This document shows, piece after piece, positions 29,530-39,860 of a stretch of 64,000 bases of DNA; positions within the stretch are counted from its first letter, which is position 1, and each line of letters opens with the position of its first letter. Under the pieces are notes generated by a model. That model was not told the origin of the DNA and did not search any database. It saw only the letters and a program-made list of their open reading frames with translations. Made by a program: the position numbers and the translations under genes. The DNA is from an uncultured Alphaproteobacteria bacterium. Lineage in GTDB: Bacteria; Pseudomonadota; Alphaproteobacteria; HIMB59; GCA-002718135. Where the stretch lies: assembly GCA_902627245.1 (NCBI GenBank), contig CACOIH010000002.1, forward strand, positions 11,630 through 75,629. The letters run 5' to 3'.

Positions 29530-30425
29530 TCATCTTCATCTTGCGGTCTAAACTTAAAAATTAATAAAGTTGGGACCGCAATAAAAACAGATGAGTAAGT
29601 GCCTATTATTACACCAATGATCATTGTTAAGGCAAAAGGTCTAATAACCTCTCCTCCAAATAAAAACAAAGATACTAATGCAAGAAGGGTTGTTAAACTT
29701 GTCATTATGGTTCTGGAAAGAGTATTATTAACTGATATGTTAAATAATTCTACTAGATCTAACTTTTTATATTTTCTCAAATTTTCACGAACTCTGTCAA
29801 ATATTACTACTGTATCATTAATAGAATAACCAGCAATTGTAAGAATTGCTGCTATTGTTGCAAGAGAAAATTCTATATTTAAAAAAGAAAGCAAACCCAG
29901 AGTAAATAATACATCATGAGTTAATGCAACAACTGCACCAAAACCAAATTGCCATTCAAAACGCAACCAAATGTAAATTAAAATAGCAATTAAAGCGAAG
30001 GAGACTGCTTGAAAGCCCCTAAACAATAACTCTGAACTAATGGTGGGACCTACAAATTCTGATCTCCTAAACTCAACAACTTTATCTTGAATTAAATTTT
30101 TTACAGAATTAACTGTTTCAATACTTTCTTGATTACTTTTATTTTGAAGTCTAATTAAAATAATATTTTCACCACCAAATTCCTGTAAAGATACATCACT
30201 ATAAGAAGAAGATAAAATTTCTCTTAATTCTCCAATTGAGGTATTTTTTGTACTTACCTCAATTAATGTACCACCTTTAAAGTCGATTCCTAGATTTAAA
30301 CCCTTTATACTTAATAAAACAATTGAAATTAATATAGCAAAAATAGAAAAGACTAAAAAATTTTTTCTTAAACCTAAAAAATTAATATTAGGTTCAACAG
30401 GAATAATTTTGTTTAATCCGAGCAT
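29526..30425 (-). CDS. secF: Protein translocase subunit SecF
   Basis: 299 aa with six-TM SecD/F topology. Lies directly downstream of secD with a 1-nt overlap. Confidence 0.9.
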   Translation of the reverse strand: MLGLNKIIPVEPNINFLGLRKNFLVFSIFAILISIVLLSIKGLNLGIDFKGGTLIEVSTKNTSIGELREILSSSYSDVSLQEFGGENIILIRLQNKSNQESIETVNSVKNLIQDKVVEFRRSEFVGPTISSELLFRGFQAVSFALIAILIYIWLRFEWQFGFGAVVALTHDVLFTLGLLSFLNIEFSLATIAAILTIAGYSINDTVVIFDRVRENLRKYKKLDLVELFNISVNNTLSRTIMTSLTTLLALVSLFLFGGEVIRPFALTMIIGVIIGTYSSVFIAVPTLLIFKFRPQDEDD

Positions 30426-31975
30426 TATAATTTTAATTCCTTTTTATTTGTAATTGATAAGTACATATATACTAAAAAATTTGTAAGCATTAAAGCAGTG
30501 AACATAGATGCTATTACACCTAAAGATAATGTAATAGAAAAACCTCTTATTGGTCCAGAACCAAACGCAAATAGTAAAACAGCAGCTATAAGTGTAGTAA
30601 TATTAGCATCAAGTATAGTCGACATAGCTCTATCGAAACCATTTTTTACTATCTGAAAAACTTTTGTTTGTTTTAAACTTTCTTCTTTAATTCTTTCAAA
30701 AATTAGAACATTTGCATCTACTGCCATACCAATTGTTAATACAATTCCGGCTATACCAGGTAATGTTAAAGTTGCGCCAATTGTCCCTAATAATGAAATA
30801 ATTATAAATAAATTTACTATTAATGAAACATTAGCAAGAGCGCCAAAAGTTCCATAAATGAGTATCATAAATATACAAACTAAAATCATACCAATAATAG
30901 CAGCAATTTGACCAGCAGCTATAGAATCTGCACCTAAACCTGCGCCAACTGATCTTTCTTCAACTATTTCTAAAGGTGCAGGTAAGGCACCTGCTCTGAG
31001 AAGAACCGCTAAATCTGATGCCTCTTGAGCATTAAAGTTACCAGTAATTATTCCCGAACCACCGGTAATAGGGCTATTTATTCTTGGAGCGGTTATTACT
31101 ACGCCATCTAGGACTACTGCTAAATTTCTTCCAACATTTTTTGAAGTAATTTTTCCAAATTTTTGAGCTCCATCTGTATCAAATCGAAAAGATACTGCGT
31201 GTCCTTCTGTTTGATCAAAGGAACCTTTTGCATCAACTAGACTTTCACCACCAATTAATGCTCTTTTATCTAAAAGATATTTAATATTTTCATTGTAAAT
31301 ATCTTTAACAATCATTTTACCAAAAGGCTCTATATTTGCGTTTAATGCTTCTTCATTTTCATTATCAACAAGATGAAAAGTTAATTTTGCAGTTTTTCCA
31401 AGTAATTCTTTTATTCTTTCTGGATTTTTAACACCAGGTAATTGTAAAAGTATTCTTTTTTTACCTGATCTTTGTATAAGTGGTTCCTTAGTTCCAGACT
31501 CATCTATTCTTTTTCTAACTATTTCTAAAGATTGTTTTATAGCAGAGTCTTGAATAGTTTTCTTATAAATATCGTCTAAATTGATATTAAGTTGATTATC
31601 CTTATGTTGTAAATTTACACCTCTATACATTTGTAAAAAACTACTTTTAATTTCATCAATTTTTTTTGTATTTTCAAAAATAACTGTCACATTATTTTCG
31701 TTAATAATTATTTGCTTAATTTTAGATGAGCTTTCTCTAGCTAAAACCCTTATACTATCACTAAAATTTTCTAACTCTTCTTTATATAAAACATCTAGTT
31801 GCACTTCTAATAATAAATAGGAACCACCTTGTAAATCTAACCCTAAATTAATTTTATTTTTTAAAAACCAATTTTCTGAATCATCATCGTAAATTATTGA
31901 AGGGATTGAAAATATTATTCCCAATATTACTAATGAAATAACAGTAAATGATTTCCAAATTGGATAATTTCTCAT
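30425..31975 (-). CDS. secD: Protein translocase subunit SecD
   Basis: 516 aa with a large periplasmic loop and a C-terminal SecD/F membrane domain. Confidence 0.9.
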   Translation of the reverse strand: MRNYPIWKSFTVISLVILGIIFSIPSIIYDDDSENWFLKNKINLGLDLQGGSYLLLEVQLDVLYKEELENFSDSIRVLARESSSKIKQIIINENNVTVIFENTKKIDEIKSSFLQMYRGVNLQHKDNQLNINLDDIYKKTIQDSAIKQSLEIVRKRIDESGTKEPLIQRSGKKRILLQLPGVKNPERIKELLGKTAKLTFHLVDNENEEALNANIEPFGKMIVKDIYNENIKYLLDKRALIGGESLVDAKGSFDQTEGHAVSFRFDTDGAQKFGKITSKNVGRNLAVVLDGVVITAPRINSPITGGSGIITGNFNAQEASDLAVLLRAGALPAPLEIVEERSVGAGLGADSIAAGQIAAIIGMILVCIFMILIYGTFGALANVSLIVNLFIIISLLGTIGATLTLPGIAGIVLTIGMAVDANVLIFERIKEESLKQTKVFQIVKNGFDRAMSTILDANITTLIAAVLLFAFGSGPIRGFSITLSLGVIASMFTALMLTNFLVYMYLSITNKKELKL

Positions 31976-31984
31976 TAATTATTT

Positions 31985-32329
31985 TCAATTTTTTCTTTTA
32001 AATAAACCTGATAAGCCAGACTTTTTTTCTGATTCCTTTTTGGGTGGCTCTTTTTTTTGAACTTCTGGCATAGTATACAAATCTGCTACCATTCCAGGCG
32101 CAATCTTAATTTCAATATTATCTGATACTTCGACGCTTAATTCTCTATTATCAGATACTTTATTGATTATTCCAATTATACCCCCAGAAGTAATAATCTT
32201 ATCGCCACGTTTAAGATTAGATAACATTTCTTTATGTTGTTTAACTTTTCTTTGTTGAGGTCTAATTAAAAGAAAATAAAAAACAGCGAAAATAAGTATT
32301 AGTGGTAAAAAAGTCCCAAAAGCTTCCAT
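31985..32329 (-). CDS. yajC: Preprotein translocase subunit YajC
   Basis: 114 aa with a single TM segment and GDKIITSGGIIG. Lies upstream of secDF. Confidence 0.85.
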   Translation of the reverse strand: MEAFGTFLPLILIFAVFYFLLIRPQQRKVKQHKEMLSNLKRGDKIITSGGIIGIINKVSDNRELSVEVSDNIEIKIAPGMVADLYTMPEVQKKEPPKKESEKKSGLSGLFKRKN

Positions 32330-32405
32330 AAAATAAACCTATGATGAATTAATTTGTCAGTTTTCTTATACTGTGTAATAAGAAAAATCAATTAAACTAT
32401 TTATT

Positions 32406-33209
32406 ATGTTTTTTAGCAATTTTCTTATTAAAAATAGTCTTAGATCTAACAAATCCTTTATTTGGGATAGTAATACAAAAAAATTAAAAAAGGTTAAAAC
32501 ATTCAAATCTTTGAATATAAATCTCCTAATTGGTATAGAAAGACAAAAAAATACCTTACTTCAAAATACCGTAAACTTCGCAAATGGTAATTTTACCAAT
32601 AATGCACTTCTATGGGGCTCTAGAGGTAATGGAAAAAGCTCATTAATAAAATCAATATTTATTGAAGTAAACAAAAATTACAATAATCTAAAATTATTAC
32701 AAATAAATAAGAATGACATTTTTGATATAGAAATCATATACGAAATATTAGGAAAATTTAACAAATATAGTTTTATATTTTTTATTGATGATTTATCTTT
32801 TGAGAAAATAGATAGTGATTATAAAATTATAAAATCTACGCTTGATGGAAGTATTCAAAATCAACCAAATAATATTTTATTATACGTTACTTCTAACAGA
32901 AGACACTTAATGCCAAGAGATATGATTGAAAATGAAAGATCATCTGCAATACACGCAGATGAAAGTGTGGAGGAAAAAATCAGCTTAAGTGATAGATTTG
33001 GTTTATGGATTGGTTTTCATAATTTATCACAAAATGATTATTTAGAAATAATAAAAAAATATTGCTTTGAATTTAACTTAACTTTTAATGAAAATATTAA
33101 AAAAGAATGTATAAGATGGAGCTTACAAAGAGGAAATAGAACTGGTAGAACAGCATGGCAATATATTCTAAATCATGCTGCGAATGAAAATAAAAAAATC
33201 AAATTTTAA
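32406..33209 (+). CDS. DUF815-family AAA-type ATPase
   Basis: 267 aa with P-loop GSRGNGKSS and a Walker-B-like FIFFIDDL. Confidence 0.7.
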   Translation: MFFSNFLIKNSLRSNKSFIWDSNTKKLKKVKTFKSLNINLLIGIERQKNTLLQNTVNFANGNFTNNALLWGSRGNGKSSLIKSIFIEVNKNYNNLKLLQINKNDIFDIEIIYEILGKFNKYSFIFFIDDLSFEKIDSDYKIIKSTLDGSIQNQPNNILLYVTSNRRHLMPRDMIENERSSAIHADESVEEKISLSDRFGLWIGFHNLSQNDYLEIIKKYCFEFNLTFNENIKKECIRWSLQRGNRTGRTAWQYILNHAANENKKIKF

Positions 33210-33934
33210 TTTTTTTCAAATTTAAATTTAATTTTTTTTAGCCCATCAATACCATCTTTTAAATTATAAATATTTATCTGATTTAACTGTTCTGCAAAGC
33301 CATTTGCTAATATTGAAGATATTATGCCATGCTCACTTACAAAAACAACTTTTTCCCCAGGTTCGATTATTTCTTGATATCCTTTTAAAAAATCCGGCAA
33401 AAAATTTCCTTTTTCATCAAATGCTTTTAGCAAAACTGAACCTGGTATTTTTCCTGAGTTATTTATCTCTTCTGAATTTCTAATATCGAGAATTGTGAAA
33501 CTTTTATCTGACATTGCTAATTTTAACTGATAACTATCTAGCTGATTATATTTAGGCGGTGATACTTTAAGTATTTCAATTTCAAATATAAGATTAGATT
33601 TTGGTGGTATTAAATCCCCTGCACCACTTTCACCATATGCTAGATCGTATGGAATAAATATTTTTCTTTTGCCACCTTCCTTCATCCCTAATAGCCCTGT
33701 TTCCCAACCTAAAATTACTTGCCTAACACCAATTTGAAATTGAAATGGTTGATTTCTTTTATATGAGTTATCAAATTCATTATTATCTTCTAGTCTCCCA
33801 ATATAGTGGACACTAACTTTTGAATGATTTGTTACTTCTAAACCATTACCGAGAACTTCTTCGATAATTTGAACTTCATTTGCTTTCAGATTAAAGACAA
33901 AAAAAATAACAAAAAACATAATCAATTTATTCAT
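33206..33934 (-). CDS. FKBP-type peptidyl-prolyl isomerase fused to a Cys-less rhodanese-homology domain (secreted)
   Basis: Signal peptide. FKBP core (VSVHYIGRL...VILGWETGLLGMKEGGKRKIFIP..LAYG). C-terminal rhodanese-like segment FTILDIRNSEE...VVFVSEHGIIS. Confidence 0.75.
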   Translation of the reverse strand: MNKLIMFFVIFFVFNLKANEVQIIEEVLGNGLEVTNHSKVSVHYIGRLEDNNEFDNSYKRNQPFQFQIGVRQVILGWETGLLGMKEGGKRKIFIPYDLAYGESGAGDLIPPKSNLIFEIEILKVSPPKYNQLDSYQLKLAMSDKSFTILDIRNSEEINNSGKIPGSVLLKAFDEKGNFLPDFLKGYQEIIEPGEKVVFVSEHGIISSILANGFAEQLNQINIYNLKDGIDGLKKIKFKFEKN

Positions 33935-33937
33935 AAT

Positions 33938-34813
33938 TTATGAATCCTTTAATTGTTTAATCTGTGATGGCAATGATATGATTCCGCTAATAACAATTAG
34001 AAAAGCTCCTATGTAAGCATAAAAATTCATGTATTCATTAAAAATATAAATACCAATCAGCGATGACCATAAAACTTGCAAGTAAACGAGAGGGAAAACT
34101 GATGCGTAATGCTTTTGAGCAATTCTGAATGCTGTTGTAGCAAAAAACATTGCTAAATTAATAAATATTGAAGCAATTATTATTAATAAATATTCAAAAA
34201 AAGAAACAATCAGTGGATCTATAATGAACAAAGGAATAGAAATCATATGGACTAATATTCCACCATATAGAAAAAAACCAATATTACTTGCAACATAATT
34301 ATATTTATTAACTATAAATGTTGTTATGGTAATAAGTAATACTCCAAATAATGTTACTAGGTAAAATATGTTAAATGTGTCAAAGCCTGGTTGAATAACA
34401 AAAGTTACACCAATAAATCCAATAAACAAAGACAGATAAGTAAATTTATTAAGTTTTTCTTTAAGAAAAAAAATAGCAAAAATAGTTCCCATTAATGGAG
34501 CTGTCATATTCAAAGTTGTAAATTCAGGTAGTTTTATATTTTCAAGTGCTACAAATGCTGTGAGAGGTAAAGGTATATTCAAAATACCGCGAATTATTGG
34601 TGGATAATAATTTGAGCATTTTAAATTTTCAATAAGTTTTCCATTAATAATTAAATAAAGTGGAAAACATAAAAAAACTGGTATTCCATAAAAAATAAAA
34701 TGATAAAACTTTACATCTGTCTGAGATAAAAAATTTATAATTGCATCATTTGTAACAAAAAAAGTACCGGCAACAAGAAGTAAAATAGTTGAATTAATAA
34801 TACTTTTGTTCAT
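33938..34813 (-). CDS. EamA/DMT-family transporter
   Basis: 291 aa with about 10 TM helices in a duplicated EamA-like architecture. Confidence 0.75.
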   Translation of the reverse strand: MNKSIINSTILLLVAGTFFVTNDAIINFLSQTDVKFYHFIFYGIPVFLCFPLYLIINGKLIENLKCSNYYPPIIRGILNIPLPLTAFVALENIKLPEFTTLNMTAPLMGTIFAIFFLKEKLNKFTYLSLFIGFIGVTFVIQPGFDTFNIFYLVTLFGVLLITITTFIVNKYNYVASNIGFFLYGGILVHMISIPLFIIDPLIVSFFEYLLIIIASIFINLAMFFATTAFRIAQKHYASVFPLVYLQVLWSSLIGIYIFNEYMNFYAYIGAFLIVISGIISLPSQIKQLKDS

Positions 34814-34866
34814 TTAGGATAATTAGGGATTGTAAGCTTAAAAATAGTACTTATATTGGAACCATT

Positions 34867-35163
34867 GTGAATACAAATGAAATCAAAACTTATCGTCTTA
34901 TAATAAAGGGAAAAGTTCAAAATGTTGGTTTTAGACATTGGTTTAGTGATGTAGCAATTTCATTAGGGTTAAATGGATATGTGCAAAATAAAGAGAGTAA
35001 AGATGAAGTAGAAGCAATTATACAAGGTGATATGCAAAGCATATTATCAATAACTGAGAAAGCTAAAGATGGGCCTGACATGGCTTTAGTGGAAGGAGTA
35101 ATACCAAACAGTATTATAAGTAATGTTAAATACTCAGGTTTTATAGTAAAATACGATACTTAA
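34867..35163 (+). CDS. acyP: Acylphosphatase
   Basis: 98 aa with IKGKVQNVGFRHW (the V-x-G-x-V-Q-G-V-x-F-R motif). The ORF uses a GTG start. Confidence 0.75.
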   Translation: MNTNEIKTYRLIIKGKVQNVGFRHWFSDVAISLGLNGYVQNKESKDEVEAIIQGDMQSILSITEKAKDGPDMALVEGVIPNSIISNVKYSGFIVKYDT

Positions 35164-35164
35164 T

Positions 35165-36499
35165 TTAATTAAAAACCTCTCTAATAGTTTTATGTAAAGA
35201 ATCAAAAATATAATCGATATCTCTGTCATTAATTATAAACTGTGGGCATAAAACAATTGCTGGACCTAAAGGTCTACATATTAAACCATTATCTATAGAT
35301 AGATTTGCTACTCTGTCTCCCATATTAAGATGTCCTTCAAAAGGTTCTTTTGTTTTTTTATTTTTAACCATTTCAAGAGCTGCCATTAAACCAACACCTC
35401 TAGTTTCGCCAATATTTTCATATTCATTAAATTCATTAAGTCTCTCCATAAAATATGGTGAAACTGTTCTAACATTTTCTAATAAACCTTCATTAATTAT
35501 TACATCAATTGCTTTAAGTGCGATTGCACACCCTACTGGATGTCCACCAGCAGTAAAACCGTGAGGAAATTCTTCAGCTTTTTCTGAAACTTCAACAAAT
35601 TGATCTGAAAAATCTTTGTCTACAATTACTGCTCCCATTGGAAAGTAACCAGCAGTTAAACATTTAGATGATATTATGATATCAGGTTTAATATTGTATG
35701 TATTACAGCCCCATAATTCACCTGTTCTACCAAAACCACAAATTACTTCGTCAGCAATTAAGGGTATTTTATATTTTTTTAAAATTGGCTGAATTAAATC
35801 AAAATAATTTTTTGATGGAGGTATGACTCCACCTGCACCCTGTACAGGTTCAGCCACAAAACCAGCTATAGTTTCTGGATCCTCTTTTAAAATTAAATTT
35901 TCTAAATTTATGGACATTCTTTTAGAAAAATCATCTTCACTTTCATCTACTAATCCATATTTCCAAAAATGAGGGCAATCTGCGTGTATAAATTCCTTAA
36001 GAGGTAGTCCAAACTCTTTGTTATATGGTTTCCCAGTCATTGATGAAGCACCTAGGGTTACACCATGATAACCATTAATACGTGTTATAATTTTTCTTTT
36101 ATTTGGTTTACCTGTTCTAGCATTAAACATCCAAAGCATTTTAACCATTGTATCATTAGCTTCTGATCCAGAATTACAAAAAAAAACTCTACCTTGATTA
36201 AATGGTGATACTTCAATTAATTTTTCTGAAAGCTCCAGAGTTTCTTCAGATAAACGACCGAATAATGAATGATATCCTGCGAATTTTTCATATTGTTTTT
36301 TTGCAACTTCTATTAATCCAGGATGATCAAAACCAGCGCAAGCATTCCACAATCCAGAATTTGCATCTAAGTACTTGTTTCCTTTAGTATCAAAGACGTG
36401 AATTCCTTTTCCATAAGAAATAACAAGGGGGCCTCTTTCATTTAATGACTTTAAATCAGTAAATCCATATAGATGACTAGAAATATTTGTTTGTAACAT
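35165..36499 (-). CDS. Class-III (omega-amino acid:pyruvate type) PLP aminotransferase
   Basis: 444 aa with GSEANDTMVK, ADEVICGFGRTG and a PLP-Lys region SSKCLTAGY. Confidence 0.85.
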   Translation of the reverse strand: MLQTNISSHLYGFTDLKSLNERGPLVISYGKGIHVFDTKGNKYLDANSGLWNACAGFDHPGLIEVAKKQYEKFAGYHSLFGRLSEETLELSEKLIEVSPFNQGRVFFCNSGSEANDTMVKMLWMFNARTGKPNKRKIITRINGYHGVTLGASSMTGKPYNKEFGLPLKEFIHADCPHFWKYGLVDESEDDFSKRMSINLENLILKEDPETIAGFVAEPVQGAGGVIPPSKNYFDLIQPILKKYKIPLIADEVICGFGRTGELWGCNTYNIKPDIIISSKCLTAGYFPMGAVIVDKDFSDQFVEVSEKAEEFPHGFTAGGHPVGCAIALKAIDVIINEGLLENVRTVSPYFMERLNEFNEYENIGETRGVGLMAALEMVKNKKTKEPFEGHLNMGDRVANLSIDNGLICRPLGPAIVLCPQFIINDRDIDYIFDSLHKTIREVFN

Positions 36500-36523
36500 A
36501 ATATTTAATTATTTTTTTTTACT

Positions 36524-37417
36524 ATGAAAAGCAAGATTTTATTTTCAACTGGGGCATTTGGTGTTTTATTAATGATGGCTGGTCAGCTATCTTTTGCAGT
36601 AAATGACACTTTTGTTAAACTTGCAGTAAAAAATATAGAGGTGAATAGCTCAATTTTTTCTGTAATTTTTACAAGAGGATCAATTACAACATTATTACTA
36701 GGGCTTTATTTAATTATAATAGAGAGAAAAAATTTAATCAGAATATTATCTATTAAAAAATTTCATATTAGAGGTTTATATGAAGTTTTAACTGCTTTAT
36801 TTTTTTTTATTGCCTTAATTTTATTGCCAATATCTGAAGTTTATACATTACTTATGACTAATCCATTTTTTGTAACTATATTTGCATTTCTATTTTTAAA
36901 AGAAAAAGTAGGAGTTAGAAGATGGGCAGCTGTTATAGTTGGTTTTATAGGTGTTGTAGTTGTTATTAATCCGCAAGATTTAAATTTTAACTTTATATTT
37001 ATACTACCGATTATTTCAGCAATATTTTTAACAATAAGAGATATTACTACAAAAACTCTTGCTACCAAATCCAATAGTGTAGAGATAACATTTATCACAG
37101 CACTTTTAATTACTATTTTTGCTGGATTAGCATCATTGTTTTTTGGATATCACGTTACATTGGATGAGGCACCTCATATTTTAATATCAAGCATTTTTGT
37201 TTTATTTGGATATTTATTTTCAGTTATGACGGTATATTATGCTCCATTATCTTTAACAGCATCTGCAAGATATAGTGTAATAATTTTTGGAATAATTTTT
37301 GGATATTTTATCTTAAGTGAAGTTCCAAGTTCAAATATGATTTTTGGTTCAATAATAATTACTTTAAGTGGGTTATTTGTAATAAAACGAGAGAAAGAAA
37401 TAGGTAAGATTGATTAA
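36524..37417 (+). CDS. EamA/DMT-family transporter
   Basis: 297 aa with 10 predicted TM helices in a duplicated EamA layout. Confidence 0.75.
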   Translation: MKSKILFSTGAFGVLLMMAGQLSFAVNDTFVKLAVKNIEVNSSIFSVIFTRGSITTLLLGLYLIIIERKNLIRILSIKKFHIRGLYEVLTALFFFIALILLPISEVYTLLMTNPFFVTIFAFLFLKEKVGVRRWAAVIVGFIGVVVVINPQDLNFNFIFILPIISAIFLTIRDITTKTLATKSNSVEITFITALLITIFAGLASLFFGYHVTLDEAPHILISSIFVLFGYLFSVMTVYYAPLSLTASARYSVIIFGIIFGYFILSEVPSSNMIFGSIIITLSGLFVIKREKEIGKID

Positions 37418-37864
37418 TTACTTTAAGTTTTTACAAAAGCTATAAACTTCTTCAACATGACCTTTAACTTTAACTTTATTCCACTGTTTAAGGATTTTAC
37501 CTTTTTTATCGATTATAAAAGTTGAACGATCAATACCAAAATATTTTCTTCCATACATTGACTTTTCAATCCAGATACCTAATTTTTCACAATTCTTTCC
37601 TTCATCTGACCCTAATTGGTATTTTAATTTATACTTTTCTGAAAATTTTTTATTTCTCTCAACAGGATCTTTTGAAGCTCCGATAATCTCAAATCCAAGT
37701 TTTTTAAACTGATTTAAATGATTCTGAAAATCAGCAACTTCAACAGAACAACCTCCTGTTAAAGCTTTTGGATAGAAAAATAAAATAGTTGGAGATTTAA
37801 TTTTCAAACTATCAAATTCTTGATCATTAGTTAGAAGTAATTTGATTTTTGGGATTTTTTTCAT
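37418..37864 (-). CDS. bcp: Thiol peroxidase, Bcp-type peroxiredoxin
   Basis: 148 aa with FFYPKALTGGCSVE (peroxidatic Cys context). Confidence 0.8.
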   Translation of the reverse strand: MKKIPKIKLLLTNDQEFDSLKIKSPTILFFYPKALTGGCSVEVADFQNHLNQFKKLGFEIIGASKDPVERNKKFSEKYKLKYQLGSDEGKNCEKLGIWIEKSMYGRKYFGIDRSTFIIDKKGKILKQWNKVKVKGHVEEVYSFCKNLK

Positions 37865-37865
37865 T

Positions 37866-39023
37866 TTATACAGCTATTTTTAATCCATATCCAGTTTTTT
37901 TAATTCTTGTTTTAAAGTATTTTTTATTGAATTTATTTAAGGTTGGTTTTGTATTAATTTGATTTTCAACTATGATACCTGCTTTTTTAATAGAATTAAT
38001 TTTATTTTTATTATTTGTAATAATATTCACTTTTTCTATTTTTAATAATTTTAGTATCCTAGCAGCTATTCTAAAATCTCTTTCATCATCATGAAATCCA
38101 ATATTATGATCAGCATCTATAGTATCCATTCCTTTAGCTTGTAATGAATAGGCTCTCATTTTATTTGCTAGTCCAATTCCCCTACCCTCTTGCTCCAAAT
38201 ATAAAACAATACCTCCATTATTTCTAACCATGTAACTTATTGATTGATTTAATTGCTCACCACAATCACATTTTAATGAATGAAAAATATCACCTGTAAA
38301 ACAAGCCGAATGAATTCTGAGATTCACACATTTTTTTTTAATTTTATTTGGATTAACAATTATAGCAACATGTTTATCAGAGCCTATATATGATTTGAAA
38401 ATTTTAAATTTAGAATTTTGATTTTTTGGTAAAGGCACTTTAGCGCTTGATACTAATTTAATACTTTCAGAAATGAGTTCATTTTGGTTAACAAGATCTT
38501 TGTAGTCAAATAATAATATTCCATTTTTAAAAGCGAAATCATTAATATTTTGCTTGTACTTATCAGCAATTTTTTTAAAAACCAAAGAGGGAATCATCTT
38601 TGCATTTTTAGATAGATCAATACAAACATCATGGAATTTTTTTGATTTGAATTTTTTAATTTTTGTAAATTTTATAATTTTGTTTTTATTTAATGGATTT
38701 ATAAACAGATTCACTATATTATTAGTGTCAGTTTTGTGATTAATTTCAAAATAAATATTATTTTTGATATTTTGATTGAATATAGAATTAGCTTTTTGCT
38801 TAGTTACTAAAAGATATTTTTCATCAATTAGATACTTATTGAATTTGTTAAATATGGATGACTGAGAATGTTCTATATTAAAAAACATCCAATATTCTCT
38901 ATTATTTTGAATTATTAGAGGTCTGCCAGTTCTTAGCTCGTTTATAGCTCTATCTATAATTGTACCCGCATTAGATTTGAAACTCATGCAAACTTTATAT
39001 AGATAGAAAATAGATAAAAACAA
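37866..39023 (-). CDS. GTP cyclohydrolase II (RibA-like) with a degenerate RibB-like N-terminal domain
   Basis: C-terminal 170 aa carry the zinc triad HSACFTGDIFHSLKCDCG, EQEGRGIGLANKMRAYSLQ, and DERDF. The N-terminal IDRAINELRTGRPLII resembles the start of DHBP synthase but lacks the acidic DRENEGD loop. The likely true start is ATG 38987. Confidence 0.85.
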   Translation of the reverse strand: MFLSIFYLYKVCMSFKSNAGTIIDRAINELRTGRPLIIQNNREYWMFFNIEHSQSSIFNKFNKYLIDEKYLLVTKQKANSIFNQNIKNNIYFEINHKTDTNNIVNLFINPLNKNKIIKFTKIKKFKSKKFHDVCIDLSKNAKMIPSLVFKKIADKYKQNINDFAFKNGILLFDYKDLVNQNELISESIKLVSSAKVPLPKNQNSKFKIFKSYIGSDKHVAIIVNPNKIKKKCVNLRIHSACFTGDIFHSLKCDCGEQLNQSISYMVRNNGGIVLYLEQEGRGIGLANKMRAYSLQAKGMDTIDADHNIGFHDDERDFRIAARILKLLKIEKVNIITNNKNKINSIKKAGIIVENQINTKPTLNKFNKKYFKTRIKKTGYGLKIAV

Positions 39024-39860
39024 ATGATAACTTCACAAAATATAGGAAAATTACTAGAATACATCAAAAATTCCAAGAAAAATGAAAGTCTTTTTTTTCA
39101 TATAAATAGATATGTAATAAAAAGAACAACAAAAAATAAAAAATATAATCTATCTTTAATTAAAAATAATATTGAAACAAAATTTGAATTAAATGTATTA
39201 TACAAATCAATTCTTGAAATTCTTATTCCTATATTAAGAAAAAAAAAGAAATTGACTATTGCACAATTAGGACAAAGTATAGATGGCAGAATTGCCCTTA
39301 ATAATGGAAATTCTCATTATATTAACAATATAAAAGGGATACACTATTTACATTGTTTAAGAAGTATTAGTGATGCAATAGTAGTAGGATCAAATACAAT
39401 AAAAAATGATGATCCACAGTTAACTACTAGAAAGATAAAGGGTAATAACCCGAGAAGAATAATTATAGATGGTAGTTTATCTTTAACTAATAAGTATAAA
39501 ATATTTAATGATGGTTATAAAAATATAATTTTCACAAAAAGTAAAAAGAATAAAATACTAAATAACACTACAATTATAAGACTAGATAAAAATAATTTTA
39601 CAAAAAATATAATAAATCAAATAAATAAACTTGAATATAAATATGTACTAATTGAAGGTGGATCAAAAACGATTTCAGAATTTATAAACAATAAATATAT
39701 AGACTTACTTCAATTTATAATTGCACCGATTATTATCGGATCAGGTATTAACTCTTTAAACTTAAAAGAAATTAAAAATCTTAATAAAGCATTAAGGCCA
39801 AAATTTTCATACAATATTCTCGAAAAAGAACTCGTTGTTAATTTATTTCTTAATAGCTAA
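39024..39860 (+). CDS. RibD C-terminal-domain reductase (DHFR-like fold), no deaminase domain
   Basis: 278 aa with LGQSIDGRIA, DAIVVGSNTIKNDDPQLTTR and LIEGGSKT. It has an unassigned 75-aa N-terminal extension. Confidence 0.75.
   Translation: MITSQNIGKLLEYIKNSKKNESLFFHINRYVIKRTTKNKKYNLSLIKNNIETKFELNVLYKSILEILIPILRKKKKLTIAQLGQSIDGRIALNNGNSHYINNIKGIHYLHCLRSISDAIVVGSNTIKNDDPQLTTRKIKGNNPRRIIIDGSLSLTNKYKIFNDGYKNIIFTKSKKNKILNNTTIIRLDKNNFTKNIINQINKLEYKYVLIEGGSKTISEFINNKYIDLLQFIIAPIIIGSGINSLNLKEIKNLNKALRPKFSYNILEKELVVNLFLNS

Noticed and set aside
37866-39860. Treating the GCH II and RibD-C pair simply as the housekeeping ribA/ribD of riboflavin synthesis
   Set aside because: The RibB-like domain is degenerate and the deaminase domain is absent. 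No ribH or ribE is adjacent, and the neighbours are PTPS-like, GT, MT and creatininase genes. This cannot be fully excluded without the rest of the genome, so it is listed as the refutation test for the cluster finding.
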